Assembly: GCF_006345805.1 (NCBI RefSeq)
Contig: NC_043002.1
Span: 41,416,001-41,480,000 of the forward strand
Source: Octopus sinensis
Lineage: Eukaryota
Direction: 5' to 3'
Length of the DNA stretch: 64,000 nucleotides
Numbering within the stretch: position 1 is the first letter of the stretch; every line of letters starts with the position of its first letter. The notes beneath the pieces are model-generated. The model did no database searches. It saw only the letters and a program-made list of their open reading frames with translations, and was not told the DNA's origin. Shown here piece after piece: positions 1 to 13,539 of this stretch. Made by a program: the position numbers and the translations under genes.

Positions 1-288
1 ACCATCACTGCCTCCATCACTATCATCAGCACCAATATCATTACACCCTGCCATCATCAACATCACCACCACTTCCATCAGCATCACTTCCACTACCACC
101 ACCACCACTGTCATCATCATTAGCATCATTAACACCACCATCATCACGACTACCATTGCCACCACCATCAGCACCATCATCCTCTTCATCGATATTGTCA
201 CCGCCACCATCACAATAACCATTCTGCCACCTCCCCTTTCACCATCATCATTGTCACCACCACTAACATCATCATTATCATCATCATT

Positions 289-319
<31 letters not shown>

Positions 320-2075
320 CCATCATCATCATCACCATCATCAACACCACCACCATCACCAGCTTCATCCCTCATCATCACTATCATCACCACCACCACC
401 ATCATCTTCAACATCACTATTGCTATCACCACCACCACCACCATTCTCATTATCATCATTGCCTTCACCATACAAGCACCCTCTCTAAGAGACTTCTCCA
501 CATCTGTTAGGGATGCGGTGATGCTGCCATACGTAGTGTCTTCAGATGTTCTGCTTTTACTCATGACAAGCTGTGGAATATGTTTATTTGATTGGCCGTG
601 AATTTCCACTGCGTTATTTTTAAAATACACAACACCACATGTCTCTTGATGAGAAAGATGGTGTAGCTTCCATGAAGGGTGCAGTGGGCAGAGGTGGGGT
701 TGCTAGTCAAACCAACTACCACCACCACCACCACTACTGCCATCACCACCACCGTCATCACCATCACCCTTGCCACCACAATCATCGCCACCACAGCCAC
801 CACCACCACCACCATCATCACAACCATTAGCGTCGTCATCATCATCATCCTCGTCATCATCATCACCACCACCACCATCACCACCATCACTACCACCACC
901 ATCACCACCACCACCATCATCACCATCACCATCATCACCACCACCACCATCATCACCATCACCACCACCACCATCACCACCATCACTATCACCATCACCA
1001 CCATCACCACCACTATCACTACCACCACCATCACCACCAAACCTTGCATGCTCCCCCCACCATGTACGCACACACATACACACACATGCACGCAGCTGTG
1101 ACTGAATGAATAATAAGTGAGTAAGTATGTGTGTGTGTGTATGTGCATGTGTGTATGTGTGTGTGTATGTGTGTGTGAGTTTGTGTAGGAGCGTTCCAGT
1201 GGAAGTATTACCGGCTTTGTAAATGAAAATGTGATTTTAATTCGTTTGTGGTGTGTTGAATGCTACAAATAAATAATACACAAATAGATAACAACTCATT
1301 CCACCATCACCCCATCATCACCACTATCCCACTCATCACCACCACCTCCACCATCACTATCATCACTGCCACCACCATTTCCACCATCACTATCATCACT
1401 GCCACCACCATTTCCACCATCACCATCATTGCTACCACCTCCACCACCACCATCACCACTACCACCACCAACAACAACACCACTATCTCCATCACCACTA
1501 TAACTGCCATCACTACCACCATTACCACCACAGCCACCACCATTCCAATCATCATCACCACTACTACTACCCTCATCAGCACCACCACCATTATCATCAC
1601 TACCACCACCACCAATGACAACACCACCATCTCCATCACCACTATCACTGCCATCACCACCACCACCACCACTACCATCACCATCACCACTATCACTGCC
1701 ATCACCACCACCTCCATCATCATCATCATCATCACCACTACCACCACCAACAGCACCACCACCACCACCATCACCACCACCATCATCAACACCATCATCA
1801 TTATCATCACCATCGCCACCAAGAACAACAACATTGACAACAACAGCAGCAAATGAAGAAGTAGAAGCAAGAAGAGAGAAAACAAAGAATGAGATGCAGG
1901 AACAAGGGGGGGGAAGGATGAAAGAGAGGGAGGACATTAAAGAGTGAAGAAAAGGAAGAAAAAAGAGAAAGAAGGAGAAGGAAAAGAAACAAGTTGGGAG
2001 ACGAAAAAAAAAAACAAAAGAGAAAAAGAAGGAAAGAGCAGAAAAAAGAAAAAGAAAAAGCAAGAATAAGTGTTA
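1..2075. repeat. Low-complexity (CAT/CAC/ACC)n trinucleotide tracts, then a purine-rich tract
   Basis: Directly visible degenerate triplet repeats; they explain the poly-T/H/P/S/V/M ORFs in the track. Short unique segments at about 470-700 and 1180-1290. Confidence 0.95.
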
Positions 2076-2983
2076 CCAAAAATTAAGACCAGAAATAAAA
2101 GGAAGAAAAACATACTTTTTCTTTGTTGATTTCTTTCATTCTTTCTTTCTTTCTTTCTTCCTTTCTTTTTTTCTTTCTCTCCGTTCCCCCCTCTCCCTCT
2201 CTCCTACTCTGTCTCCCTCTCTCTCTCTCATGTACTTACACACTCTTGCCAAAGCACACACACACATGCGCATGCAGCAGAAGCCACCTACGTTATGGTG
2301 GTGTAATTTGATGGAATGAGAATTTCTCAAACATTATTTTAACATTTAAGTGTTGACAAAGAAACTTTTAATAATAAAACAGTAAAAAAAAAAAATGACC
2401 CCCACCATCACCACCACCACCACCCAAAAAAAACAAAAACAAAAACAAATGGAAAAGATTCTATCACTTGATTGTTGGGAAAATAAAGCAACCCAGTCTA
2501 CAATCTTTGAAAAACCTTTTGGAATTTGTAGCCCATATTGGAGAAATAGACAGACTGTAGACTGCCTGTGTTTATACAAATTCATCAAAGCAAAGCAGCA
2601 TTAGGATCTTCTTTTACATTTTACAGGTTTCAGTCATTGGACTGCAGCCATGCTGGGGTGCCACCCTAGAGAGTTTAGTCAAAACAAACTGACCCTAGGA
2701 CCCTTTTTACTCTTTTTTTTTTTTTACTTGTTTGAAGGCCAGAAGTCATCCATGCATGCCAGCCTACACTCCACTGATATTCTCCAAGGGAAAGCCAAAG
2801 GCCAAAATAAATTGGCACTAGTGGTGTCACAGCTCATTTCTACAGCTGAATGAACTGGAGCAACATGAAATAAAATGTCTTGCTCAAGAACACAACACAC
2901 AGCCCAGTCCAGGAATTGAACTCACTGCCCCATGATTGTGAGGTTGATGCTCTTACCACTGATACACACACACACATATATAC

Positions 2984-3034
<51 letters not shown>

Positions 3035-3189
3035 ATATATTATATATATATATATATATATGTATCATCATCATCATTTAACGTCCGCTTTCCATGCTAG
3101 CATGGGTTGGACGATTTGACTGAGGTCTGGTGAACCAAACTCCAATCTGATCTGACAGAGTTTCTACAGCTAGATGTCCTTCCTAACAC

Positions 3190-3236
<47 letters not shown>

Positions 3237-3359
3237 CGGAGTAAACACATAAATGTGAAACAAGGTGGAAATATATATATATATATATATAGATAGATAG
3301 ATAGATAGATAGATAGAAAGATACACAGATACACACAAATATGTATATATATATATATA

Positions 3360-3720
3360 CATATTTGTGAAGGTGAGAAGGTCCTTTATGTTTCTAGCCC
3401 ACGCTCTTCAACAGAAAGGAACACAAGGAAGAAAAAACAGAAAGTTCAAAAAAGTCCAAAAAGATTCAAACATCGTGGTGTATTGGAGTGATCTTTCATC
3501 AACAGAAGAGTCCAGTGAAATTCATATGTATATCTGGTGGTAATCTGGGTGGCATTCTTGTATGTAGATGAGGAGAGGTACAGAAAGTTCAGGTAGTAGT
3601 AAGTCCAAAGTGTTGGAGGTTGAAGCAGGATAAACTGGTGTGACTACGAGAGCATACAATATATATACATACTTACACACACAATGAACCTCCACAGTTG
3701 CCATCTACCATATCCATTAC
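3360..3720 (-). mobile_element. Penelope-like pLTR/3' remnant
   Basis: Contains the hammerhead-like motif CTTT-CTGTTGAA-GAGC-GTGG-GCTA-GAAA-CAT-AAAGG (3383-3419), shared with copies at about 13.1, 56.6 and 57.2 kb. PLE assignment is inference. Confidence 0.5.
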
Positions 3721-3869
3721 AAAGCATTGGCTGATTTCGAGCTATAGTAGAAGCCACTAGGCCCAAGATATCACACAGTGGGGACTGAACTCAAAAGCCA
3801 TATGGTTGCAAAAGCAAGCTTCCAAACAGCATTTAAGATTACATCTGTAATGAAAAGAAGTCATTTCAT

Positions 3870-3975
3870 GTTTAATTCCTGATTCGAATGTAACTTGCCT
3901 TTATGGTGGATGGTGAAGTCTCCAGAAATGTTGATGTCAGCAGATGGATAATTCACCAAAGTTTTGTCAATTTGG
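3870..3975 (-). pseudogene. LINE APE-endonuclease remnant (Jockey/CR1-like)
   Basis: Minus frame reads IDKTLVNYPSADINISGDFTIHH, matching the APE GDFN(V/I)HH motif. Confidence 0.5.
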
Positions 3976-4344
3976 CCAGAGTTGAATCAGTAGTTTCATA
4001 GCCATTATCCTGAGGCCAATAAAGTGTTAATATAAAAGTTGTAACATGTAGAGGGTTCAGACAGAAACATATTACATACAGTGTTAGCTGAAATCTGTAG
4101 ATATATTCTGTGTTACCAAAAACTGTTAATGGACCTGTAATTTATCAAGTAAAATTAGCTGTTAAGAATGCATTCATCATTGCCATCATCTTTCCAACGT
4201 CCTCTTTTTCATGCTTGCATAGGTCAGACAAAGTTTATTGAGGATGTTCAGTAGCCAGATGCCTTTTCTGTTACCAACTCTCACCCATTTCCATACAAGG
4301 TAATATTTCCCCAGGGTCGGACATGTTCTTGCAGAATATTGGAA

Positions 4345-4580
4345 ATGGCGGTGATCTAGCAGAAACGTTAGCATGCCGGGCAAAATGCTTAGCGGTATTT
4401 CGGCTGCTGTTACGTTCTGAGTTCAAATTCCACTGAGGTCGACTTTGCCTTTCATCTTTTCGGGGTCGATAAATTAAGTACCAGCTATGCACTGGGGTTG
4501 ATGTAATCGACTTAATCCCTTTGTCTGTCCTGGTTTGTCCCCTCTATGTTTAGCCCCTTGTGGGCAATAAAGAAATAAGA
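4345..4580 (+). mobile_element. tRNA-derived SINE family B (tail GCCCCTTGTGGGCAATAAAGAAATA)
   Basis: B-box-like GAGTTCAAATTCC; near-identical copies at 4785-5012 and 38200-38401, with truncated copies elsewhere. Confidence 0.8.
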
Positions 4581-4784
4581 ACATTGGAAATGGATGACAC
4601 CACTTATATAACAGAGACACTCATTTACATCTGTCATATAATATCAAGCCAAGGGGACAGGTACACACACATATATTTTACTTGTTTCAGTCTTTAGACT
4701 GTGATCATCCTGGGACACAACCTTGAATAAATTGACCCCACTACCTATGTTTTTTTTAAGCCTGGTATTTATTCCATTAAGGCA

Positions 4785-5012
4785 GCTAGCTGGCAGAATC
4801 GTTAGCATGCCGGGTGAAATGCGTAGCCATATTTCGTCTGCCATTACATTCCGAGTTCAAATTCCGCTGAGGTCGACTTTGCCTTTCAAACTTTCGGGGT
4901 CGATAAATTAAGTACCAGTTATGCACTGGAGTCAATATAATCGACTTAATCCATTTGTCTGTCCTTGTTTGTCCTCTCTGTGTTTAGCCCCTTGTGGGTA
5001 GTAAAGAAATAG
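4785..5012 (+). mobile_element. SINE family B copy
   Basis: Colinear with 4345-4580; ends GCCCCTTGTGGGTAGTAAAGAAATA. Confidence 0.8.
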
Positions 5013-7614
5013 GTATTTATCCCATTGGTCTGATTTTGCTAAATTGCTCAATCATATGAATGTAAACAAGATAACGCCAGTTCTCAAATGGTGGTGGAGT
5101 TAAAGACACACACACACACACACATATATACTGATATATACATTAGTGTTAGGAAGGGCATCCAGTTGTAAAAACTGTCCAATCAGATTGGAACCTGGTG
5201 CCGCTTACTAACTTACCAGTTTTCAGTCAAACCCTCCAACCCATGTCCACATGGAAAATGGACGTTAAATGATGATGATGTGCAACAGGTTTCTTTCAGT
5301 TTCCATCTATCAAATCCACTCACAATGCTTTGGTCAGTCCGAGTTTATAGTAAAAACACTTGCTCAAGGTATCATGCAGTGGGTCCGAACCAAGAACAAT
5401 GTGGCTGAGAAGCAAACTCTGGACTTCTCTCTGTATCATCTCCTCTACAATACAAACATTCTATATAGTCTCTTTTGCATTAAGTATTCTCTGTGGCCAC
5501 TTCAACATTCCAGACATCAGAATTTCTTTGGAGATTTGATGCCATTCAAGCAACAATTAATAAGAACAGCAGAAGATAGAGACAAACAGAGAAAAATTGT
5601 TGGACAAACCGCCCACACTCCAAAAGTTGGCTGTTGCGTATTATGATATCACAGACACTCTAATATAACCACTTGTGCATTAGACATTTCTATATAGTCA
5701 TTTCTATATAATATTGTATGCAGTCACCTCTATATTTCAAACATTCTATATAATCATTTCTATATTGGTTCCCTTTTATTCTAATCATGTGTCATACTTT
5801 AAATATAGCAATTTCTTATATTAATCTAATTAATTTTTCTTTTATTGGCATTCGCTTCACACTCATTCACATTCACACACACACACACACGTTCATGCAT
5901 ACACAGACATGCACATATACACATGCATACACACATTCTCTACCTGTCTCTTTCATTCACCGGCCCCTGCAGACATACAGACATTTACGCACATGCACAC
6001 ACAGACACACACACACACATGCATAATTACACATACTCTCTGTCTTGCCCTCTCATTCATTCACCCTCCCTTATACACATCTATTCACTCTCATACACAC
6101 ACACACACACGCATAGAGTTACACACACATAGTCACTTTCTTTCTTTGTTTTCATTTATCTTCACATATACACATACATTCACCCTCATACATACATACA
6201 CATGCACACACATACATACATTCACACACAATTACCTACACATATTTTTCTTTGTCTTCCTCTCTTTCCTTCACTCTCTCATACATTCACACTGACACAC
6301 ATTGATACAAATACAGACTCTTTTGTTTATCGTTATCTTCCCCTCTCTCTCTTTCTCTCTCATTCACACACACATACGTACATACATAAATACACACATA
6401 TTTATGTACATACATATGTACATACATATATACATGCATACATACATATATACATAAAAACATACGTGTATGCAAGCATAAATGCATCCATACATACATG
6501 CATAAACACATACAGAGATGCATAAATACATGCATGCATACATACATGCATACATACATGCATACATACATGTATGCATATATACATGTATGCATACATA
6601 TATACATGCATACATACATGCCTACATGCATAAAAACATACACAGATGTATAAATACATACACACATGTATGCATATATACATGTATGCATAGATATATG
6701 CATACATACATACATACATGCATGCATCTTCATTCACGAACCCCTTCATTCATATACTCATCTCTTTATGTACACAGACTAATACTTTTATTCTACCTTT
6801 ACTTTATGCAACTCAAATACTCAACCATACTCAAATATATATGCACAAGCATGCAAATATATAACCAACCACTTACTCACCTAACCATTCTCTCTCTCAT
6901 TTTCTCTTCCGCTTTCTCCCTTCGTCTCTTTCTTTCTCTCTCTCTTCCTTCCTCTCTCTCTCTCACACACACACAAACATTACCAGATACAAAAAAAAAA
7001 CTCACATTGTTTACATGAATTCACTTTCTTTTCTCAATGGTTCTCATATATATAGATCTAAACCAGTTACAAGGACGGTTACGGTATTAGTTAGATTTTT
7101 ATATACATATATCATCATCATCATCATCATCATCATCATCGTCATCATCATCGTTTAACGTACGCTTTCCATGCTGGCATGGGTTGGACAGTTTGACTGA
7201 GGACTGGTGAGCCAGAAGGCTGCACCAGGCTCCAATCCGATCTGGCAATGTTACTATCATCATTACCTCTAGCTTACCCACCCCCACGACTGTCGATCAA
7301 GTCTATTTTCTGTATATTTTCAGTGTTTATTGTACCTGTGCATCTTCCACATACAATAGCTATTTTCCCTATTAACCTTCCTCTGATATTCTTTACTAAT
7401 CTAGGCACAAAGCCTGAAATTTTTGAGGAGGGGGCCAGTTGATTAGATCAATCCCAGTACACAACTGGTCCTTAATTTATCAACCCCAAAAGGATGAAAG
7501 GCAAAGTCAACCTCGGCAGGTGTTCAACTCAGAACGTAAAGACAGATGAAATACCACTAAGCATTTCACCCTGTGTGCTAACATTTCTGCCAGCTTACTG
7601 CCTATTAAGTGTCC

Positions 7615-8215
7615 AAAGCTTACACTGGGTACATCTTATGGAGTTTTTACCTATGCTTTACCTACAGATTGGGTAGGGCCATCTATCAAGAGGGATTTGT
7701 GATCTGTCTGCCTTTCTACTTTCTAAGACTTTGGATTTTGTTAGGTTAACTCTAAAGTTCTTCAATTCTAGAACTTGCTTCCATACCTGGAACCTCTTCT
7801 TTAGTTCTGGTAGTGATTCAGCTATAAGAGCAAGATCATCATCATAGAGGAGTTCCTAAGAGCAGCCTGTCTTAAATTCCTCTGTTATTGCCTGGAGGAC
7901 TTTAATGAACAAGAGGGGTGTGAGGACTGATCCTTGGTGAACCCCTACTTCTACCCTGAATTCTTTGCTGTACTTATTACCAACCCTCAGCTTACTGCTA
8001 GCATCCTTGTACAAGGCTTGTACAGCTCTCACCAATCACTCATCTATCCCTAGTTTTCACATTGACCAGATAAGGGATCGAGGAACCCTGTCAACGGCTT
8101 TCTCTTAGTCAGCAAAAGTCAAGTACAAGGTTTATCTTTGGCTATATATTTCTCCTGCAGTTGCCTTACCAGAAATATAACATCAGTGGTGCTTCTCTCT
8201 GGCACAAAACCAAAC
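7615..8215 (-). pseudogene. RTE-clade LINE reverse-transcriptase fragment
   Basis: Minus frames give MQFGFVPERSTTDVIFLVRQLQEKY...GVHQGSVLTPLLF...ELLYDDDLALIAESL (RT motifs, YADD degenerated to YDDD), with stops. Confidence 0.9.
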
Positions 8216-9069
8216 TGCATCTCATCTATACATACATAAAAAGGTAAAGGATGAACCCCACTTTTGGTCATGAATGACCATGAGATTGCACCTAGAAAGT
8301 TCACCAAGGCACAAATCCAGACAAGACTGTTTGTGGATGAGCAGCTGTCACCCATGCCTACCATTCTTCCCTCAACACTAAGGGAAATATGAAGGCCAAT
8401 ATCAGTGATGTTGCAACACATTTCTACAGGTGAGTGAACTGGAGCAAAATGAAACAAAGTGTATTGCTCAAGAACACAACACAGAACCTGGTCCAGAAAT
8501 TGAACTTATTACCTCATGATTGTAAGCCCGACACTCTAACCACTGAACCATGTGTGTGTGTGTGTGTATAACCATTCATCATCTGACACAAGATCAATAC
8601 CCCCTCACTCCTCAAAGATTCCTTGTCTTGCATGGTACTTGGTGACCCTGCCAGTGCAGGTGTCACTTAGAAAGCATCCAGTCCACACTGTAAAGTGATT
8701 GGTATTTGGAAGGGCATCCAGCTGTAAAAACCATGCCAAAACTGACCTCATCTATTTTAGTGCCTTGTAAAAAGCACTCAGCCACTCTGTGGAGTGGTTG
8801 GTGTTGGGAAGGGCATCCAGCTGTAAAACCCATGCCAAAACAGACACAGGAGTCTTGTGCAGTCTTCTACCTGGCCAGCTCCTGTCAAACCTTCCAACCT
8901 ATGCCAGCATAGAAGGAGAACATTAAATAATGAGGATGATGATACACACACACACACACACACACACATTTAAAACATATACATACTAATCATTACATTC
9001 CTAAAACATACACTCAGAAATGAATATGTAGACTCGCCACCACCACCAACATCCCTATCATCATAATAG

Positions 9070-9100
<31 letters not shown>

Positions 9101-9477
9101 AATAATAACTGTTGCTCTTCTGTTTTAAATTGCTTATAATGTCAAATATCATTTACATTAAAACCTTTGTCATTAATTTATAATTTGTTAATAATCAGAA
9201 GGTTAATTCCTGTCAAAAACATTGAACTAAGACACGATATTCTGCTAAGCTGGACATTAGTAGAATTGCCTAACCCGTTACGAGACAGATGAGTTTTCTG
9301 TGAAACAAGTGTCATACTTGTGGAAATAAAGTGATTTGTTAATATTCATTCAGGTTAATTCTTGTTGAAAACAACATAGAACTGACATGTGACACCTTGT
9401 TCAGCATTAATAGAATAGTTTATCCATTTAGTGCTAAGTGGTCAGAGAATTATCTGTACAATAAATACATTACTTGT

Positions 9478-9790
9478 GAAGGCACATAGCTTAGTGGTTA
9501 GGGCATTTGGCTCATGATCATAAGGCTGTGAGTTCAATCCCCGGTAACATGTATCCTTGAACAAGACACTTTATTTCACATTGCTCCCGTCCACTCAGCT
9601 GTGGTACCTGTGTTTCAAAGGGCCAGCGTTGTCACATTCTGTGTCATGCTGAATCTCCCTGAGAACTATGTTAAGGGTACATGTGTCTGTGGAGTGCTCA
9701 GCCACTTGCACGTTAATTTCTCAAACAGGCTGTTCTGCTGATCAGATCAAATGGAAGCTTTGTCACTGTAACTGACAGAGTACCAGAGTA
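9478..9790 (+). mobile_element. tRNA-derived SINE family C
   Basis: A box (TAGCTTAGTGG) and B box (GAGTTCAATCCC), then the CTTGAACAAGACACTTTATTTCAC core; colinear copies at 16148-16470 (+) and 19525-19850 (-). Confidence 0.8.
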
Positions 9791-10447
9791 CCTGAGGAAA
9801 TCGACCCCACGACTTATTCTTTGTAATCCTAGTACTTATTCTATCGGTCTCTTTTGCTGAACTGCTAGGTTACAGGGACGTAAACACACCAGCATCAGTT
9901 GTCAAGCGATGTTGGGGGAGACAAACACAGACACACAAACATATACACACACATACATATATATATATATACATATAAACGACGGCTTCTTTCAGTTTCT
10001 GTCTACCAAATCCACTCACAAGACACTTGCCCAAGGTGCCACACAGTGGGACTGAACCCGGAACCATGTGGCTGGTAAGCAAGCTACCTACCACACAGCC
10101 ACTCCTGCTTTTATTAGTTTCAAATTTTGGCACAAGGCAGCAAGTTCAGGGTAAGGGTGTATGCCAATTACATTGACCCCAGTACTCAACTGGTACTTAT
10201 TTTATCCACCCTGAAAGGACGAAAGACTAAGTTGACCTTGGTGGATTTTCAACTCAGAATGTAAAGACAGCTGAAATGCTGCTAAGCATTTTGTCTGACA
10301 TGCTAATGATTCTACAGGCTCACTGCATTTCTTGTTATTTTCAATATTAGTAGATATGCCAAGGTGGCAAGCTGACAGAATTGTTACCATTTGTCTGTCT
10401 TTACGTTCTGAGTTCAAATTCTGCCAAGGTCATCTTTTGAGGGTTAT

Positions 10448-10847
10448 TCTTTTACTTGTTTCAGTCATTTGACTGTGGCCATGCTTGAGCACTGCCTTTA
10501 GTCAAGCAAATCGACCCCAGGACTTATTCTTTGTACGCCTAGTACTTATTCTATCAGTCTCTTTTGCCAAACCGCTAAGTTATGAGGATGCAAACACACC
10601 AGCATCGGTTGTCAAGCGATGTTGGGGGGATAAACACAGACACACAAATATATGCACATACACATATATATATATATATATAGGACGGGCTTCTTTCAGT
10701 TTCCGTCTACCAAATCCACTCACAAGGCTTTGGTCGACCAGAGGCTATAGTAGAAGACACTTGCCCAAGGTGCCACACAGTGGGACTGAACTTTGAACTA
10801 TGTGGTGTGTAAGCAAGCTACTTACCACACAGCCACTCCTACGCCTA
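10448..10847 (-). mobile_element. tRNA-derived SINE family A copy
   Basis: Reverse complement of the 51037-51443 element, including the central (TA/CA)n. Confidence 0.85.
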
Positions 10848-12214
10848 TAAATAATGTGTAGTAAATGAGATTAACTGAAGACCCTTTGCTCAAGGTGCCA
10901 CACAGCACAACTGAACCTGGAACCATGTGGTTGGGAAGCAAGCTTCTTAGCACAAAGCCACACCAAATGATAAAATAAGTAGCATTTGAGCACTGGGGTC
11001 AACATAACCAACTTATCCCCTCCCTCAAAATTGCTGGCCTTGTGCCAAAATTTGAAACCAATATTGGTAGGTACACTAAGGCTGCAAGATGGTAGAACCA
11101 TAAGTATGTTAGGTAAAATTCTCAGTAGCATTTCATTTGTCTTTATGGTCTGAGTTCAAATTCTGTCAAGGATGATTTTGCTTTTCATCCTTTGTGGGTT
11201 GATAAAATAAGTACCAATTGAGCACCGGTGGGGTTGATTTAGTCAGCTTAGCTCCTCCCTTGAAATTTCTGACCTCGTACCAAAATTTCAAACCGAAATT
11301 ACCAGATACACTCCATCTCTTCTTATTTTGCAAAGTGGTTATGAAACAAGTGTGATGCTTCATCATCATCAGCAGCAGCAGCATCATCAACATCATCATC
11401 ATCATTATCATCATCATCATCATTACCGTCTTCATCATCATTTCCATCTTCATCATCATTACTGTCTTCATCATCATTACCGTCTTCATCATCATCGTCA
11501 TCATCATCAAAATTTTAACTTCATATTTCCATGCTTGTATGGGCTACACAAAATTCATTTTGGCAGATTCTCAATAGCCAGACACTCTTCCTGTGATCAC
11601 CCACCCTCTGCCACCTGTTTCCATACAAGGTAAAATGTTCTCATTGCCAGACGTGATTTTCACAGAAGACAATGCTTGTATGAAGGTGATGCTCATTTGG
11701 AAATATTCCATCATGTCAAGACGAAGATGGAGACATACACATGCACACAAACACACATACACACACATATATATACATACATACATATATATGTACAGAG
11801 ATATATGATATGCTTCTTTCATTTTCCATATACCCAGTTCACTGACAAGTATTTTTGTCATCCCTCAGCTATAGTAGAAGGCAATTGCTCACAGTGCTGT
11901 GCAGTGAGTCTGAACCCAAAGTCACATGGCTAGTAAACAAGCTTGCTAACCCTATGGCTATACTTTGAGTGATATAATAATTTGTTAATATTGGCTTCAC
12001 ATCTTGGCAGAAAGCCATTAATTTTATGAGAGGGAGGTAAATCGAATACATCAACCCAGTGCTTGGCTGGTACTTATTTTATCAACCCTCAAAGGATGAA
12101 CAGCCATGCTGACATTGGCAGAATTTGAACTCAGAAAATAAAGACAGATGAGATGCCACTAAGCATTTTGCCCTGCATGCAAACATTTCTTCCAGATTGC
12201 CACTTTCATCATCA

Positions 12215-12500
12215 TCATCATCATCATCGTTTAGCGTCCGCTTTCCATGCTAGCATGGGTTGGACGGTTCAACTGGGGTCTGGGAAGCCAGAAGGCTGCG
12301 CCAGGCCCAGTCTGATCTGGCAACGTTTCTACGGCTGGATGCCCTTTCTAACGCCAACCACTCTGTGAGTGTAGTGGGTCCTTTTTATGTGTCACCGGCA
12401 CAGGTGCCAGACAAGGCTGGCAAATGGCCACGGTTGGATGGTGCTTTTTACATACCACCGGCACAGAAGCCCGTCGGGGCAGCGCTGGCAATGGCCACGT
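12215..12500 (-). mobile_element. RTE 3'-end-derived repeat with (GAT)n tail
   Basis: CCAACCCATGCTAGCATGGAAAGCGGACGYTAAACGATGATG terminus on the minus strand; same family at 17888-18260, 29870-30120, 59065-59400 and many shorter copies. Confidence 0.7.
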
Positions 12501-12959
12501 TTATTATTTGATAATATTCTAAAAATTTAATTCTTGTTGAAAACATCCAACTCACATAAAATAGGACATTACCTTGGATATTAGTAAAATAACTAATCCT
12601 GCTTCGCACTAAGTGGCTGATGAATTATTGGTGAAGTACTGTATTTTCTGACCTATAAGTCAATATAGTATACAGTGCAAACATGTAGCATAAATTTTAA
12701 AACCATGTTGTTATCTTTCCAAATTGTATTGCATTTGATATTGAATTTTTGGTCCTCTGAAGTCGTTTTGATGTATTAATGAGCCAACCTCTTTGGACTG
12801 TAAATTTTGGTCTGAAAATTTCAACTTCTCAGCTTGGAAATATGGTAAGTGAGATACTTGTGAAGATAAGACCATACAGAGAAAACTGTGTAGGAAGAGC
12901 ATTAATGGTATCTAATTTGAGAAGAAGGGAATATCTGAAGGGCTGTGTAGGCAAATCAA

Positions 12960-13260
12960 TGACACAGTCATCTGGAAAAGTGTATGTGTGCATATATATA
13001 TATAGGGAGAATTCACAAAAAAAACAAAAGGTGAAGACAGGTAGTGTACAGAACAAACAGATGTATTAGTATAACACTTAGGAAGTGAAAAAGTCTTTAA
13101 CATTTCGAGTTTACGCTCTTCCACAGAAAGAAACAAGGAGAGAAAATAAAGAATGTGTAGTGGCTAGCGATCTATCATGGCGAATGCCTAACAGAAGGGT
13201 CACACAGGAGAGCTAGGGAGAAGAAGAGATAAAAAGTAGTGGTGATCCCAAAACGAAGGT
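12960..13260 (-). mobile_element. Penelope-like pLTR remnant
   Basis: Homologous to 57105-57310; carries the CTGTGGAA-GAGC...GAAA motif at 13095-13130. Confidence 0.55.
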
Positions 13261-13539
13261 GCGCGTATGTGTGAAGGTGCAAGTTTGTATGTGCTTGTGG
13301 AAGAGGGCTGGTGATCTTGACGTGTGCGTGTGTGTATGTGTAGATGTGAAAATGTGGGTCTGGGAAGTGGTCAGTGCTGATGTGTGCATGGTGGTGTGTT
13401 GTGATGTGATGTGTTGTGTGGTATGGTGCTGTAAGGTGTAGTGCTGTAAGGTGTAGTGCTGTGTGGTGTGGTGTGGTGTGATGGTGTTAAGAGGTAGGGG
13501 AATATATATATATATATATATATGCACATACATATACCT

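Noticed and set aside
251-2079. Long ORFs (up to 255 aa) rich in T/H/P/S/G/D/V/M
   Set aside because: Translations of trinucleotide repeats, open in several frames on both strands at once.
6287-7018. Overlapping MYVC/HTYI-type ORFs (also at 15.5, 17.7, 18.5-19.2, 33, 35.6 and 45.4 kb)
   Set aside because: Di- and tetranucleotide microsatellite translations.
7198-7225. CTGAGGA-CTGG-TGAG-CCAG hairpin resembling a hammerhead
   Set aside because: No GAAA after helix II and no helix I or III; part of the RTE-tail repeat.
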